Below are positions 54,489-64,000 of a stretch of DNA of 64,000 bases, in pieces. The stretch lies in the NCBI GenBank assembly GCA_963789955.1, contig CAWBMV010000001.1, forward strand, positions 851,954 through 915,953. The letters run 5' to 3'. A program made the translations under genes and the position numbers. This stretch comes from an uncultured Candidatus Rokubacteria bacterium. GTDB lineage: Bacteria; Methylomirabilota; Methylomirabilia; Rokubacteriales; CSP1-6. Numbering within the stretch: the stretch's first letter is position 1; each line of letters starts with the position of its first letter. The notes beneath the pieces were generated by a model. It searched no databases. It saw only the letters and a program-made list of their open reading frames with translations, and had not been told where the DNA came from.

Positions 54489-54572
54489 GCTCTCGAGCGG
54501 CGTGGCGCAGGCGACAGGGCTCGGCTACCATTCCGATACGGAATCGAGCTTGTTCGTCATGGAACGTGCGTC

Positions 54573-54827
54573 ATGAGCAGACACGTGATCGCGCTAGTCG
54601 ATGCCAGTGTTCGCGATCTCTCCCGTCGCCGGCCGGGCCTCGACAACGATCGGCAAGTACGTCAGGAGCTCGCCGGAACCTGGCAGGTAGCTCGGGTGAA
54701 CTCGCGCTCGCCGGCTCCGGCGCGTGCTCTGACGATCGAGGACAAGGGCAAGACGACCCTGACCCTCAAGCCGGAAGGCAGCAACAACCAGAACACCGGA
54801 CCGGCGGTCTACGAGCGGATGAAGTAG
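54573..54827 (+). pseudogene. Probable eroded small secreted-protein gene
   Basis: Coding-like 3' part (LTIEDKGKTTLTLKPEG...YERMK) with a frame-scrambled 5' part. Confidence 0.35.
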
Positions 54828-54857
54828 CGACCGTGGCGCACACGAAAGCTCGGGTGC

Positions 54858-55145
54858 ATGGCGAAGCGCGCTGAGAAGAAGCGCGAGAAGAACGGCGGCG
54901 CGCAGCCGCCGTTGCCGGGCACCCGCGCGCCGTCGGCTCCGGCGACGACGCGGATCCTACCGATGCAGCTCCAGGTGGGCGATCGAATCTCGGACGAGAC
55001 CGGCGAGTGGGAAGTCGCCAACCGGCCGCACACCACGGCGGGCGGAAAGATCGCGCACGCACGCGTGCGGAGAGTGGATCAGCCGGCCGTCGTCGAGGAG
55101 CGCACGTGGGGCGCCCACGAGCGCGTCGAGGTGAAGCGCGGGTAG
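54858..55145 (+). CDS. Small hypothetical protein (SH3/KOW-like beta fold suspected)
   Basis: LQVGDRI.D..GEWEV...ARVRRVD; good codon usage. Confidence 0.65.
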   Translation: MAKRAEKKREKNGGAQPPLPGTRAPSAPATTRILPMQLQVGDRISDETGEWEVANRPHTTAGGKIAHARVRRVDQPAVVEERTWGAHERVEVKRG

Positions 55146-55243
55146 GCCGCGAGCCGGCTCGCCGGATTACGCGGGCACATTCTCGGGTTACGCCTGGAGG
55201 CCCGTGATAGAATCCCGTACGCTAAATAGCTGATCCGTTTAGC

Positions 55244-55321
55244 GGGCTCGTGGTGCAGCCTGGTTAGCACACTGGACTGTCAATCCAGAGGTCGCGGGTT
55301 CAAGTCCCGTCGAGCCCGCCA
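55244..55321 (+). tRNA. tRNA-Asp(GTC)
   Basis: Cloverleaf GGGCTCG/CGAGCCC; anticodon loop CTGTCAA; GTTCAA T-loop; encoded CCA; upstream TGaTAGAAT. Confidence 0.97.
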
Positions 55322-55603
55322 TTTTTAATCCGCGAGTTCTCAGGTGGCCGAAGTGTGGCCACTTCCCGCCGGCGACTGACTGGTGACCAACTCGGAAAGA
55401 TTTCAGGGGACGACCGGCCGATCCCCGCACGAGCCGAGGTCTAGCGGCACTTCCGTGTTATCCACCACGGAGCCCGGATAGTCACGGCGAGTGCGCGTGC
55501 GTTCAGGAACTGCTCGAACAGGGCGCGCCGCGAGCGAACAGCTCTTAGGGCAGTTCGCGAGCGCACCCGGGCGTGACGCGCTTGCCGGGCGCGTTGTTGC
55601 GGA

Positions 55604-56035
55604 TCACTCGCTGCGTGTCCTGGCAGCCTGATCGGCCGCGATGGTCTTCAGCGAATCCTGTTCCAGCGCTAGCACATGCTTGCCCACCACTCGATAGGTC
55701 CAATGGCCTGGCGCCGTCTCGTGGTTGAATTGCTCGTCGGTCAGTCCAATGAGTGAGCCGATGAGACCCGCCCGCGCCTCCAGCCATTCGGCCAGGAGAC
55801 GTTGCATCCGCGAGGCAGTGATCCGAGATTCGTAACGCGCTTCGAGGATCTGTCCCGTGTGAATCTTCTCGTGGTCGATGTCATTCGTTATGAGCGTCCA
55901 AAGGTCTTTGGCCTGCGCGCATCCATGCGACGACCCCATCGTCAGTTCGCGATCCGAAGCCTCGAGCAGGGTGTCCATCGTCACCAGCGTTTGTGACATC
56001 AGCTCGCGGATTGCCTCTCGGACCGTTGCCGCCAT
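55604..56035 (-). CDS. DinB/YfiT-like helical protein
   Basis: SD AGGAGG; HEKIH.GQI; GLTDEQF....PGHWT...KH. Confidence 0.7.
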   Translation of the reverse strand: MAATVREAIRELMSQTLVTMDTLLEASDRELTMGSSHGCAQAKDLWTLITNDIDHEKIHTGQILEARYESRITASRMQRLLAEWLEARAGLIGSLIGLTDEQFNHETAPGHWTYRVVGKHVLALEQDSLKTIAADQAARTRSE

Positions 56036-56111
56036 GGTTACCTCCTGTGGGGGATCGGCGAAGCCTGGGCCGGCGCCGTTGCCGGCCGGTCCTTCAGGGC
56101 GAGGAGCAGCT

Positions 56112-56351
56112 CTACGGCTTGTGTGGCGTCCGGTCGAGCCCTTTGGCCAACGACGCGTTGCCATCATATTGCCACTTGCATTCTTCACGGCCGAAGGCGT
56201 CCAGGACGATCGCCATCGGGAAGATGTAGCGCAGGACGCCGAGATACCACCAACCACATTGTTCCGACGTCCCGCTCTCGGCCGCCCCTGCTGTCGTGGC
56301 GTACCCAGAGATCAGGAGGAGCAGCATCGCGACGACGATACGCTGTTTCAT
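56112..56351 (-). CDS. Small secreted hypothetical protein
   Basis: SD GAGGTG; signal peptide MKQRIVVAMLLLLI...AGA; two Cys. Confidence 0.5.
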   Translation of the reverse strand: MKQRIVVAMLLLLISGYATTAGAAESGTSEQCGWWYLGVLRYIFPMAIVLDAFGREECKWQYDGNASLAKGLDRTPHKP

Positions 56352-56608
56352 GATTCACCTCGCGTGAATGAGCTGATTTGGGCGGCCGAGTATAGGGTCG
56401 GATGTTGCTCGCTGGCCAGGACTTTGCGACCTGCTCACGACGTGAGCAGAACAGTTAACGATCTTAAGTGTCACACCGTCGCTCTACCTGTCGCCTCCCC
56501 GGTGGTCGAAGATCTGCCGATGGCCCGGAAAGGCCTGACAGCTCAATCAGGTATCGGCCTGACGCGCGTCGCTTCGGGCGGAGCGACGATAGAAGCAGGA
56601 GGTGCGTG

Positions 56609-56803
56609 ATGCGGGAATTCCATTGCAAGGACGTGGGAATGCCGGACTGCAACTTCGTCGCGAAAGGTAAGGACGACGACGAGGTCATGCGGAAGGCTAC
56701 GGAACACGCAAAGCGCGACCACAACATGCAGACCGTGCCACCGGACCTCGAGCGCAAGGCCAGAGGCGCGATCCGCGAAGCCGCTGAATCGAGCAAGCGG
56801 TAA
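56609..56803 (+). CDS. DUF1059-family small metal-binding protein
   Basis: CKDVG..C.FVA.G..DDEV....EHA..DH; SD AGGAGG. Confidence 0.85.
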   Translation: MREFHCKDVGMPDCNFVAKGKDDDEVMRKATEHAKRDHNMQTVPPDLERKARGAIREAAESSKR

Positions 56804-56810
56804 GACACAC

Positions 56811-56853
56811 CAGCGCGCCCCGGGGCTTCAAGTCTCGGGGCGTCGCTGTGTTC
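56811..56853 (+). terminator. Stem-loop, probable terminator
   Basis: CAGCG-CGCCCCGGGGC/GTCTCGGGGCG-TCGCTG hairpin followed by TGTT. Confidence 0.5.
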
Positions 56854-56967
56854 AGCAAGCCGGCTCCGTCAGGATTGGCTCGGCGCCGGCGGGCTGGCGA
56901 TCGATCGCGAATCGACGGTCGGCGAGCGCTCGAGCTCGACAGCGTATCCCGGGGCTGGTGCGCGCGA

Positions 56968-57378
56968 TCAGGGGATGGGGCTGCCCGGTGCCTGGAACCA
57001 CGTATAGTCCCAGATGCTGACGCGATAGCTCTGGGCCACCGGCAGGTTCGGGACCTCGAAGTACACGCGTCCGAACCCGCCGACGCCTCCGGGCACGTAG
57101 GCGATGCGGTGACCCACCACCGCGCCAGCCGGATCGATCGCTTGCGCGAGCACGCGCAGGTGCGTCGCGCGTTCTCCGTGGTTGCTGTAGATGTAACCGG
57201 AGACCTTGCGCGAGCTCTGGCTCTGCTCCTCCGCCGTCCAGTCGATCGAGAAGTGGTACTCCCAGCCGGACATCAAGGTGGTCGTGGTCGAAGGCGAGGG
57301 ACCGTAGGTGGCGCAGGCCGCGCTGGTCGTGAGCGCCACGATGATCAGGAGCCCCACTCGCATCGCCTTCATCGTCAT
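56968..57378 (-). CDS. Lipoprotein with FxLYD-like Ig domain
   Basis: Lipobox SAAC; VSGYIYSN, LAQAID..G.VVG, YFEV. Confidence 0.7.
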   Translation of the reverse strand: MTMKAMRVGLLIIVALTTSAACATYGPSPSTTTTLMSGWEYHFSIDWTAEEQSQSSRKVSGYIYSNHGERATHLRVLAQAIDPAGAVVGHRIAYVPGGVGGFGRVYFEVPNLPVAQSYRVSIWDYTWFQAPGSPIP

Positions 57379-57445
57379 GACCAGCGTACACCCGGCTACG
57401 CGCCGGGTCGGTCCGAGGACGTCCCGGTAGGTCGGTTAGGCCGTG

Positions 57446-58639
57446 CTACTCGCGCACGTCGAACCCGAACAGCCGCGCGGCGTTCAGGCCGAGGACCTTG
57501 GCGCGACTCACATCGGAGAGCCCGCCCATCGTCCGCTCGATCGCTTCGGCCGAGTGCGGCCAGGTGCCCTCGTGATGCGGGTAGTCGTTGCCCCACATGA
57601 AGTTGTCGATCAGACCGGTGGATTCGCCGAGCCCCAGCCCTGCCGGGTCCTCCTGGAACGACGCGAATCCGTGCTCGCGGAAGTAGTCGCTCGGCAGCTT
57701 CGCCAGCTTGGGACGAACCCAGAAGTGATGCTTCCTGTAGGCCTCGTCCATGGCGTCGAGCAGCCACGCGACCCAGCCGATACCCGCCTCGATCGTCGCG
57801 AAGCGCAGCCGTGGGAAGCGCGAGAGCACGCCTGACGCGCAGAGATTGGCGACCGGCTCGATCGTCGGCGACAGCGAGTGCGAGACGTAGTTGATGACGG
57901 CGCCGCCGTTGCCCCGTGACGCTCGCGGGTCGCGTCCCGTCGATACGTGGAACGTGATCGGCAGGTTGGCGTCCTGGATGACCGCCCACAACGGATCGAA
58001 CACCGGCAGGTTGTAGTTCGGATGATCGACGTCGTGGGCGCCCCACACCGGCTTGCAGGGGAGCGTCAGCGCGCGGAAGCCCAGCTTGGCCACGCGCTGA
58101 ACCTCGGCGATCGAGCCTTCGAGATCGGCCGTGGCGATGGCCGCGGCCGGCGACATGCGATGGTTATAGCTCGCGAACAGCTCCCACGCCCATTCGTTGT
58201 AGACGCGGCACTGCGCCATGGCGAAGGCGCCGTCCGGCGTGGCCCACATCGAGAGCCCCTTGTTGGGGAACATCACCTCGGCGTCGATGCCGTCGCGTTC
58301 CATGTCACGCAGCCGCTGCTCGGGATCGGCGCCGGCCAGCTGGCGCAGCCGGTCTTCACCCTCGAGCTCGTCGGTGCGCAGGCGATCGGGGCGGTGGCCC
58401 TCGGAGACGCGCCACTTCACGCCGTTGCCGTCGACGATGACACGGGGAATCCGCTCGCGATACTTGACATCGATCCGCGTGGCCCAGAGGTCGGCCGGCT
58501 CGTTGACGTGCGCATCGGCGGAGACGATGAAATACTTCCTCGGGTCGCCGGGACGCGCGCTGCGCGGCCAGCCGGCGTGACCGGGCGTCTTCGTGCGCCA
58601 CACATTGGGCTCGTTGATGGCCAGCTCGCTTGTGCTCAT
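57446..58639 (-). CDS. Amidohydrolase_2 family protein
   Basis: SADAHVNEP, DM..DGIDAEV.FP, FHV, RFP.L....IEAG.GW, WGNDYPH.EGTWP. Confidence 0.9.
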   Translation of the reverse strand: MSTSELAINEPNVWRTKTPGHAGWPRSARPGDPRKYFIVSADAHVNEPADLWATRIDVKYRERIPRVIVDGNGVKWRVSEGHRPDRLRTDELEGEDRLRQLAGADPEQRLRDMERDGIDAEVMFPNKGLSMWATPDGAFAMAQCRVYNEWAWELFASYNHRMSPAAAIATADLEGSIAEVQRVAKLGFRALTLPCKPVWGAHDVDHPNYNLPVFDPLWAVIQDANLPITFHVSTGRDPRASRGNGGAVINYVSHSLSPTIEPVANLCASGVLSRFPRLRFATIEAGIGWVAWLLDAMDEAYRKHHFWVRPKLAKLPSDYFREHGFASFQEDPAGLGLGESTGLIDNFMWGNDYPHHEGTWPHSAEAIERTMGGLSDVSRAKVLGLNAARLFGFDVRE

Positions 58640-59085
58640 CGTGTCACTCTCCAGTGCACCAGCGTGAACGGCGGCGTCGCGTCGTCGTGGGCCTCGAACG
58701 CGGCCTCGACCGGCGCGCCGATCCGAACCGCCTGCTTCGGATCACCGAGAAGGTTGCCGACCATGCGCACGTTGCCCGCGTGCGGCAACTCGACCAGGAC
58801 CACCACGTATGGCCCGTGCCCGCGCAGCGCGGGGTGCACGGGATGCCACGCGCGCTCCCAGGAATAGATCGTGCCGCGCGGCGCGACCGCGGCCCACTCC
58901 AGGTCGAAGGCCAGGCAACCGTGACAGATCCACTCGGGCCCCCACTGCCAGGCACGGCACGCTCGGCACCGCTGCACGCGCAGTTCCTGGGCTCGCGTGC
59001 CCTCCCAGTACGGCGTGTCGAGCCCGTCGGGTTCGGCCACGGGGCGGGGGAGGCCGGCCGGCAGATAGTAGGCCGGCGCGCTCAC
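58636..59085 (-). CDS. DUF35 Zn-ribbon/OB-fold protein
   Basis: YWEG, QRC..C, C..C, G.IYSW, PY.V.LVEL; GTGA overlap. Confidence 0.9.
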   Translation of the reverse strand: MSAPAYYLPAGLPRPVAEPDGLDTPYWEGTRAQELRVQRCRACRAWQWGPEWICHGCLAFDLEWAAVAPRGTIYSWERAWHPVHPALRGHGPYVVVLVELPHAGNVRMVGNLLGDPKQAVRIGAPVEAAFEAHDDATPPFTLVHWRVTR

Positions 59086-60277
59086 AGGACGTCCCCCGTG
59101 CCGACGAGCATGCTCGAGACCGGTGTGACCATCGGGCCCGAGATGACCATCGCCGACACGGGCGCCGGGCACCTGGTTGGTCGACTGGCCGCGCAGCTGA
59201 CGTACGGCTTCGATCTGAAGCTCGAGGCCGTGCATGTAGCACTCGGCCAGGTTGCCGCCGCTCGTGTTCAGCGGCAGTCGCCCCTTCGGCGCGATCAGAT
59301 TGTCGAGCGTGAGGAACGCGTTCGCCTCGTCGGCCTCGAAGAAGTCGTGCTCGACCAGGCTCATGAGCACGCCCCCGGTGAAGTTCTCGTAGCTCTGCAC
59401 GACCGACACGTCCTTGGGCGCGACGCCGGCCATCGCATAGAGGTGCGGCGCCACCGTCGTGAAGCTCGACGACGCGTACGTCGGCGCGTTGTGGCCGCGC
59501 GCGGCGTTGCGATACTCCGAGCCCTGGGCGACGCCGAGCAGATATGCCGGGCGCTGCCGTAGTGTCCCGAGCGCGCTCGGCCGACACGAGGATCAGCGCG
59601 GCGGCGCCGTCGTTCTCCATGCAGCAGTCGAAGAGCCGGAACGGCTCGACGATCCACCGCGACTCGTCGTACGCCTCCGCCGTCAGGGGACGCCCATGCA
59701 TCACGGCCCGCGGGTTGTTCTGCGCATGGTGATACGAGGCGAGCGCGATGGCCCGTTGCGCCCCGTCGGCGATGCCGTGGTCGTGCATGAATCGCATCAC
59801 CCGCATGGCGAAGCGCTGAGCCGGCGAGATCAGCCCGTAGGGGAAGGTCAGCGCCGCTTCGCCCGCGGCGGTCGCGGAAGGCGGCGCGGCGCCGAAGCGC
59901 TGGAACTGTCCCTGCGCCAGGGCGCGGAAGACGACGACGCACTCGGCGTAGCCGGCCGCGATCGCGGCCGCCGCGTTCCCGACGGCCGCGGAGCCGCCGC
60001 CACCACCGCCGCCCCACTGCATGTTCGAGAAGCGCAGCTCGGGAATGCCCAGTGCCGCGGCCAGGCGCGAGGGGTCGTTGCGGTCGTTGCTGTACGACGC
60101 GAAGCCGTCGATCGAGCGCGGATCGAGCCCGGCGTCGGCGCACGCCGCCAGGATGGCCTGCAGCGCGAGCTTGACCTCGGGGTCGGGAGCCTGGCCGTGC
60201 TTGTAGTAGGCGGTCTCACCGACGCCCACGATCGCGACCCGGCCGCGGATGCTGCGTTCCGGAATGACGTTCGACAT
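59082..60277 (-). CDS. Non-canonical thiolase-fold (Ltp2/SCP-x-like) protein; two frameshifts
   Basis: AIVGVGET, HAQNNPRA, LFDCCMENDGAAA, YENF, NTSGGNLAECYMHG, EAVRQLRG. Confidence 0.88.
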
Positions 60278-60334
60278 TCGCACGTCGGACTATAGTCCAC
60301 GCGGAACGCGAAGTCATCCGGACCGGCCGCGTGG

Positions 60335-61295
60335 CTAGCGCGTCGAGCCCTCCGCGCTCACACCTTCGCTCAGCACCAGCACCTCGACCCGGCGGTTCTG
60401 CTGACGACCGGTGGCCGAGTCGTTGTCGACCACCGGAAACTTCGGACCATAGCCCTTGGTGCGAATGCGCTGCGGGGAGATGCCTCTCGCGGTCAACAGG
60501 TCCCGAACGGCGTCGGCACGCTGCTGGGACAGCTTGATGTTGAAGTCCTCGTTGCCGAGGTTGTCGGTGTGGCCCTCGATCAGCACGTTGCGCTTGAAGT
60601 ACGCCCGGAGAAACTCGGCCAGCTTGTCGATGCTTCGCTGGGCGCCGGGTCCGACTTCGGCCCGGCCCGGCGCGAACAGCACGTCGCCGACCGTGAGCAC
60701 CATCCCGCGATCGGTGTGCTGCGCCTTGAGGCTCGCCAGCTCGTTCGCGAGGGCCGCGGCCTTGGCCTGCTCGGCCGCGAGCGCCTTGGCTTCGGCGTCG
60801 TCCGTTGGCCGGGCGGCGCGCGGCTTCGCCTCGTCCTCCTTGGTCCGAGCCTCCGCCAGGCGACGCCATTGCTCGGCCTCGCGCGCCTTCGTGTCGGACT
60901 CGGTACGCGCCGCCTTGAGCTCGCGGTCGCGCTTCTGGAGCAGCACGTCGGACGTTTCCCTGCGAAGCTGGTCCATGTTCTGTTCCGTCTTGCCGGTGGC
61001 GCCGGTCACCGAGGCGAGCAGCGCCTTCTTCTCCGCCAGATAGCTGAGATGCAGCCGCTCGTCGCTGTGCTTGGCCTGTTCGGCCTCGCGCAGCGTTTTC
61101 TGCGCATCGGCGAGCCGGCCCTGGGCGTACCTCTGCACGTTGGGATCCGCCTCGGCCTGCTGGTAGGCGGCTTGCGCGCGCTCAAGCTGACTGCGCGCCG
61201 CTCGCTGCTGGGCCGACGAGGCGCAGCCGCCAGCAGACGATCAGAAGACCGACGACCGATGCGACGCGTCGAAGTTGACCGTTACGCTCACTCAT
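60335..61295 (-). CDS. DUF4398/OmpA-family peptidoglycan-binding lipoprotein (5' frameshifts)
   Basis: AGC lipobox; coiled coil; TDRGMVLT.GDVLF, IEGHTD..G...N.KLS..RA, GRQQNRRVE. Confidence 0.85.
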
Positions 61296-61322
61296 CGAAC
61301 GGCACCTCCGCGCCGAGCCCTG

Positions 61323-61730
61323 TTACTTCGGAAGACGCTCGAGCTCCTGGCGCAACACCTTGATGTATTGCCCCATCTCGTCCGCCATCGTGGTGACACG
61401 CTGGTTGGCGGCCAGCGCGCGCGCGTACTCGCCGTCGATCACCGCCTGTTCCGCGGAGCGGATCGCCTGGTCGTTCTTGCCCTTGGCCATCTCGGTCTGC
61501 GCGACCCTCAGCTTTTCCTGCGCCGTTCGGAATTCGACCGGCGCGCTGACCGCGGCGCCCGCCTGTTGGGCATCGTCGACCACTCGTTCCGCCTGGGCGA
61601 CCTTCGCGTTCGCCAGGGGCCCATGGCTGGCGCACCCGACGAGCGACAACGCCGCCAGCGAGATCGCCATGACCGCGAGCGCCATCCAGAAGAAGTGACC
61701 TGGGTAGGGCTTTCGTGTTGACTCGTCCAC
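61323..61730 (-). CDS. DUF4398-family lipoprotein
   Basis: Lipobox LVGC; A.QAGA...APVE...A.EKL..A, AEQA..D...A; paired with the OmpA gene. Confidence 0.8.
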   Translation of the reverse strand: MDESTRKPYPGHFFWMALAVMAISLAALSLVGCASHGPLANAKVAQAERVVDDAQQAGAAVSAPVEFRTAQEKLRVAQTEMAKGKNDQAIRSAEQAVIDGEYARALAANQRVTTMADEMGQYIKVLRQELERLPK

Positions 61731-61986
61731 GGTGAACCTCCCTCGGCCGAGCGGCGTGACCGACGTTGGCCTCGTTGATCTCGCGACACGCAGCGCCGAT
61801 GTCGACCTCATATAGCGAAGATCCCATCCGCCGAGGGCTGCACGCCATCAGGGATATGCCCCATGAATCGCATCGGTGTTTCCCCGATGTCCACGTCGGC
61901 GCCGACCCGTTTCGAGCCGGCGGCACCCGTGTTTTCTACTGCTTCTCTGCTTGTCAAGGTGCGGATCTCGCGCGAGACTCGTCGGA

Positions 61987-63701
61987 ATGACGGCGTCACG
62001 GGTTCCGGCGGAGCGACGCGCCGCTGTTCTCGCCGAGATCGGTGCGCTCCTCGGCTCGGCACTGGACCATGAGCGCGCGTTGTCGCGCCTGGTCCGCCTG
62101 GCGGTGCCGGTGCTCGGTGATCTCTGCGCGATCGACCTCGTTCAGAACAAGGGCGAGCTCCACCGGGCCGCGTGCGCGCACGTTGACACGACCAAGGAAG
62201 CGCTCGTCTACGAGATCCGCGCCCGGCACGGGTTCAATCCCACGGCGGCGCAGGGGGCGCCGGCCGTCATTCGGACGCGTCGGCCGGCGCTGGTCGCCCG
62301 CGCCACCGAGGCTGATCTCGAGGCCGTCTCGCAGAACGCCGAGCAGCTCGCGCTGTTCCGGCAGCTCGGGCAGAAGTCCTGGATCATTGTGCCGCTCGTA
62401 GCTCGCGAGCGAGTCCTGGGTGCGATGACCCTGGCGATCACCGAATCCAGCCGGCGCTACGGTCGAACGGACCTTTCGCTCGCGACGGCGGTGGCGAGCC
62501 AGGCGGCGGCCGTGATCGAGAGCGCCCGACTGACCCGCGAGGCCGACGAGGCTCGCGCCGCCGCCGAAGCGGCGATCCGGGCGAAGGACGAGTTTCTCTC
62601 GACGCTCTCGCACGAGCTGCGCAATCCGCTCAACGCGGTACACGGGTGGGCGACCTTGATCGAGCGCGGACAGCTCGGGGAAGCGCAGACCCGGCGGGCG
62701 ATGCAGATCATCGTACGAAACGTCAACGCGCAGATTCGGCTCGTCGACGACCTGCTCGACATATCGAAAGTCGTGAGTGGCCGCATGCGCCTCGCGGTCC
62801 AGCCCGTGGATCTCGGCGAGCTCATCGAGGACGGTCTGGAGTCGGTTCGTCACGCGGCCGAGGCCAAGCGCATCCGGCTCCAGTCGGTGCTGGAGGCGCC
62901 CGGTCTTCTGGTCAGCGGCGACCCGGGGCGGCTCCAGCAAGTCGTCTGGAACCTCCTCGAGAACGCCGTGAAGTTCACTCCGAAGGACGGGCGAGTCCAG
63001 ATCCAGCTCCAGCGGGTCCGGTCACAGGTCGAGATCGTCGTCAGCGACACCGGGCAGGGCATCGGGTCCGACGTCCTGCCGTTCGTCTTCGATCGGCTCC
63101 GTCAGGGAGACAGCGGAAGCGCCCGTGGTCAGGGAGGGCTCGGGATCGGCCTCGCGCTCGTCCGGCATTTCGTCGAGCTTCACGGGGGCAGCGTGTACGC
63201 CGAAAGCCCAGGCGAGGGGCAGGGCGCGACGTTCGTGGTGAAGCTGCCCTTGATGGTCGCCGAAATTCGCGAGCAGCCGATCGCCCGTCACGACAGTCCG
63301 CGGCTCGACAGCGCCGTGCTGGCCGGTGCGCGGATCATCGTGGTGGACGACGATCCGACCGCCGTCGAGCTGATCACAGAGGTGCTCGTTCAGGCCGGCG
63401 GCGAGGTGATCTCGTGCGGGACGGCCGATGACGCACTGCAGGCGTTCGCGCGGTCGCGACCCGACGTCATCCTTTCCGACATCGAGATGCCGGGCCAGGA
63501 CGGCTACTCGCTGATACGAAAGCTGAGGGCCCTCGGGCCCGAGCAGGGCGGCAAGACGCCCGCGGTGGCGTTGACCGCGTTCGGCCGCCCGGAGGACAGG
63601 ATCCGAAGCCTGAGAGCGGGGTTCAACATCCATGTGTCCAGCCGGTGGATCCCGCCGAGCTGGTCGCCATCGTCGCGAGCATGCTCGGGCGCGCCGGGTG
63701 A
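61987..63701 (+). CDS. Hybrid sensor kinase GAF-HisKA-HATPase-REC (frameshift near 63640)
   Basis: KDEFLSTLSHELRNPL, NLLENAVKFT, DTGQGI, GLGIGL, VVDDD, SDIEMPGQDG; true C-terminus PVDPAELVAIVASMLGRAG. Confidence 0.92.
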
Positions 63702-63832
63702 TCGAGCGGCCGCGAGCAAGGCGCGGCTAGACATCGCCGGTTCGGCACGGTAGGCTCTGCGCAGTTCCCACCATAGTTCACTGCGGCCGTTGGTGTGGCC
63801 GGCGAGTCGAGCCAAACGAGGACTGAGGCGCG

Positions 63833-64000
63833 ATGGGTCGAGGAAGTACCGGGAGCAAGCCCACGATCGCCGTGTTCAACTCGAGCGACGATACCGTCGA
63901 GCTCTTGCGCACGGCGTTGGAGGCCGAAGGATTTCAGACGGTCGCGGGGCACATTCCAGACGTGAAGAAGGGCGAACTCGACCTGATCGACTTCGTCAAC
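63833..64000 (+). CDS. Atypical receiver-domain protein, truncated by the window end
   Basis: IAVFNSSDDTVELLRTALEAEGFQT. Confidence 0.65.
   Translation, partial: MGRGSTGSKPTIAVFNSSDDTVELLRTALEAEGFQTVAGHIPDVKKGELDLIDFVN

Noticed and set aside
55404..55440. Guanidine-II (ACGA-loop) riboswitch
   Set aside because: ACGA words are present but the paired GC stems closing both loops are not, and no SMR gene follows.
56500..56545. Fluoride riboswitch
   Set aside because: The 3' part is vaguely similar but the conserved GGCGATGG...TCGCC 5' element is missing and no crcB-type gene is adjacent.

Overview
GC-rich (~70%) bacterial chromosomal window. Gene content and style suggest Methylomirabilota/'Rokubacteria', but that is inference only. 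About 20 genes carry single-base frameshifts, including alaS, rimO and rarA, which points to long-read indel errors rather than decay. The left ~38 kb is mostly core: a Ni/Co transporter, a TAXI binding protein, lolA, yajQ, then rimO-pgpA-cinA-TPR-thpR-recA-pilT-recX-alaS, a two-component pair, rlmI, a divergent speB / speD-speE polyamine locus, maf, murG-ddl, rarA, two large TPR proteins and an aldehyde:ferredoxin oxidoreductase. The right ~26 kb is accessory-like around tRNA-Val and tRNA-Asp: small secreted proteins with sigma54-type promoters, GH15, a lipid-remodelling cluster, a DHA2 MFS, lemA/DUF2207, an Ltp2/DUF35/amidohydrolase operon, OmpA/DUF4398 and a hybrid kinase. No CRISPR array, rRNA, integrase or transposase was seen. 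Most notable: (1) a CTAG-ended ~50-bp inverted-repeat element followed by a one-sided, decaying C-depleted/G-rich zone that has recoded the 5' part of maf; (2) a 10-aa uORF with its own SD and hairpin, coupled to the TTG start of speD; (3) several genes whose only plausible start is a non-canonical codon (ATA, GTA, CTG) at the 4-nt stop/start overlap, plus many leaderless-type promoters; (4) a receiver domain apparently fused to an Avd/IVS-like four-helix bundle.
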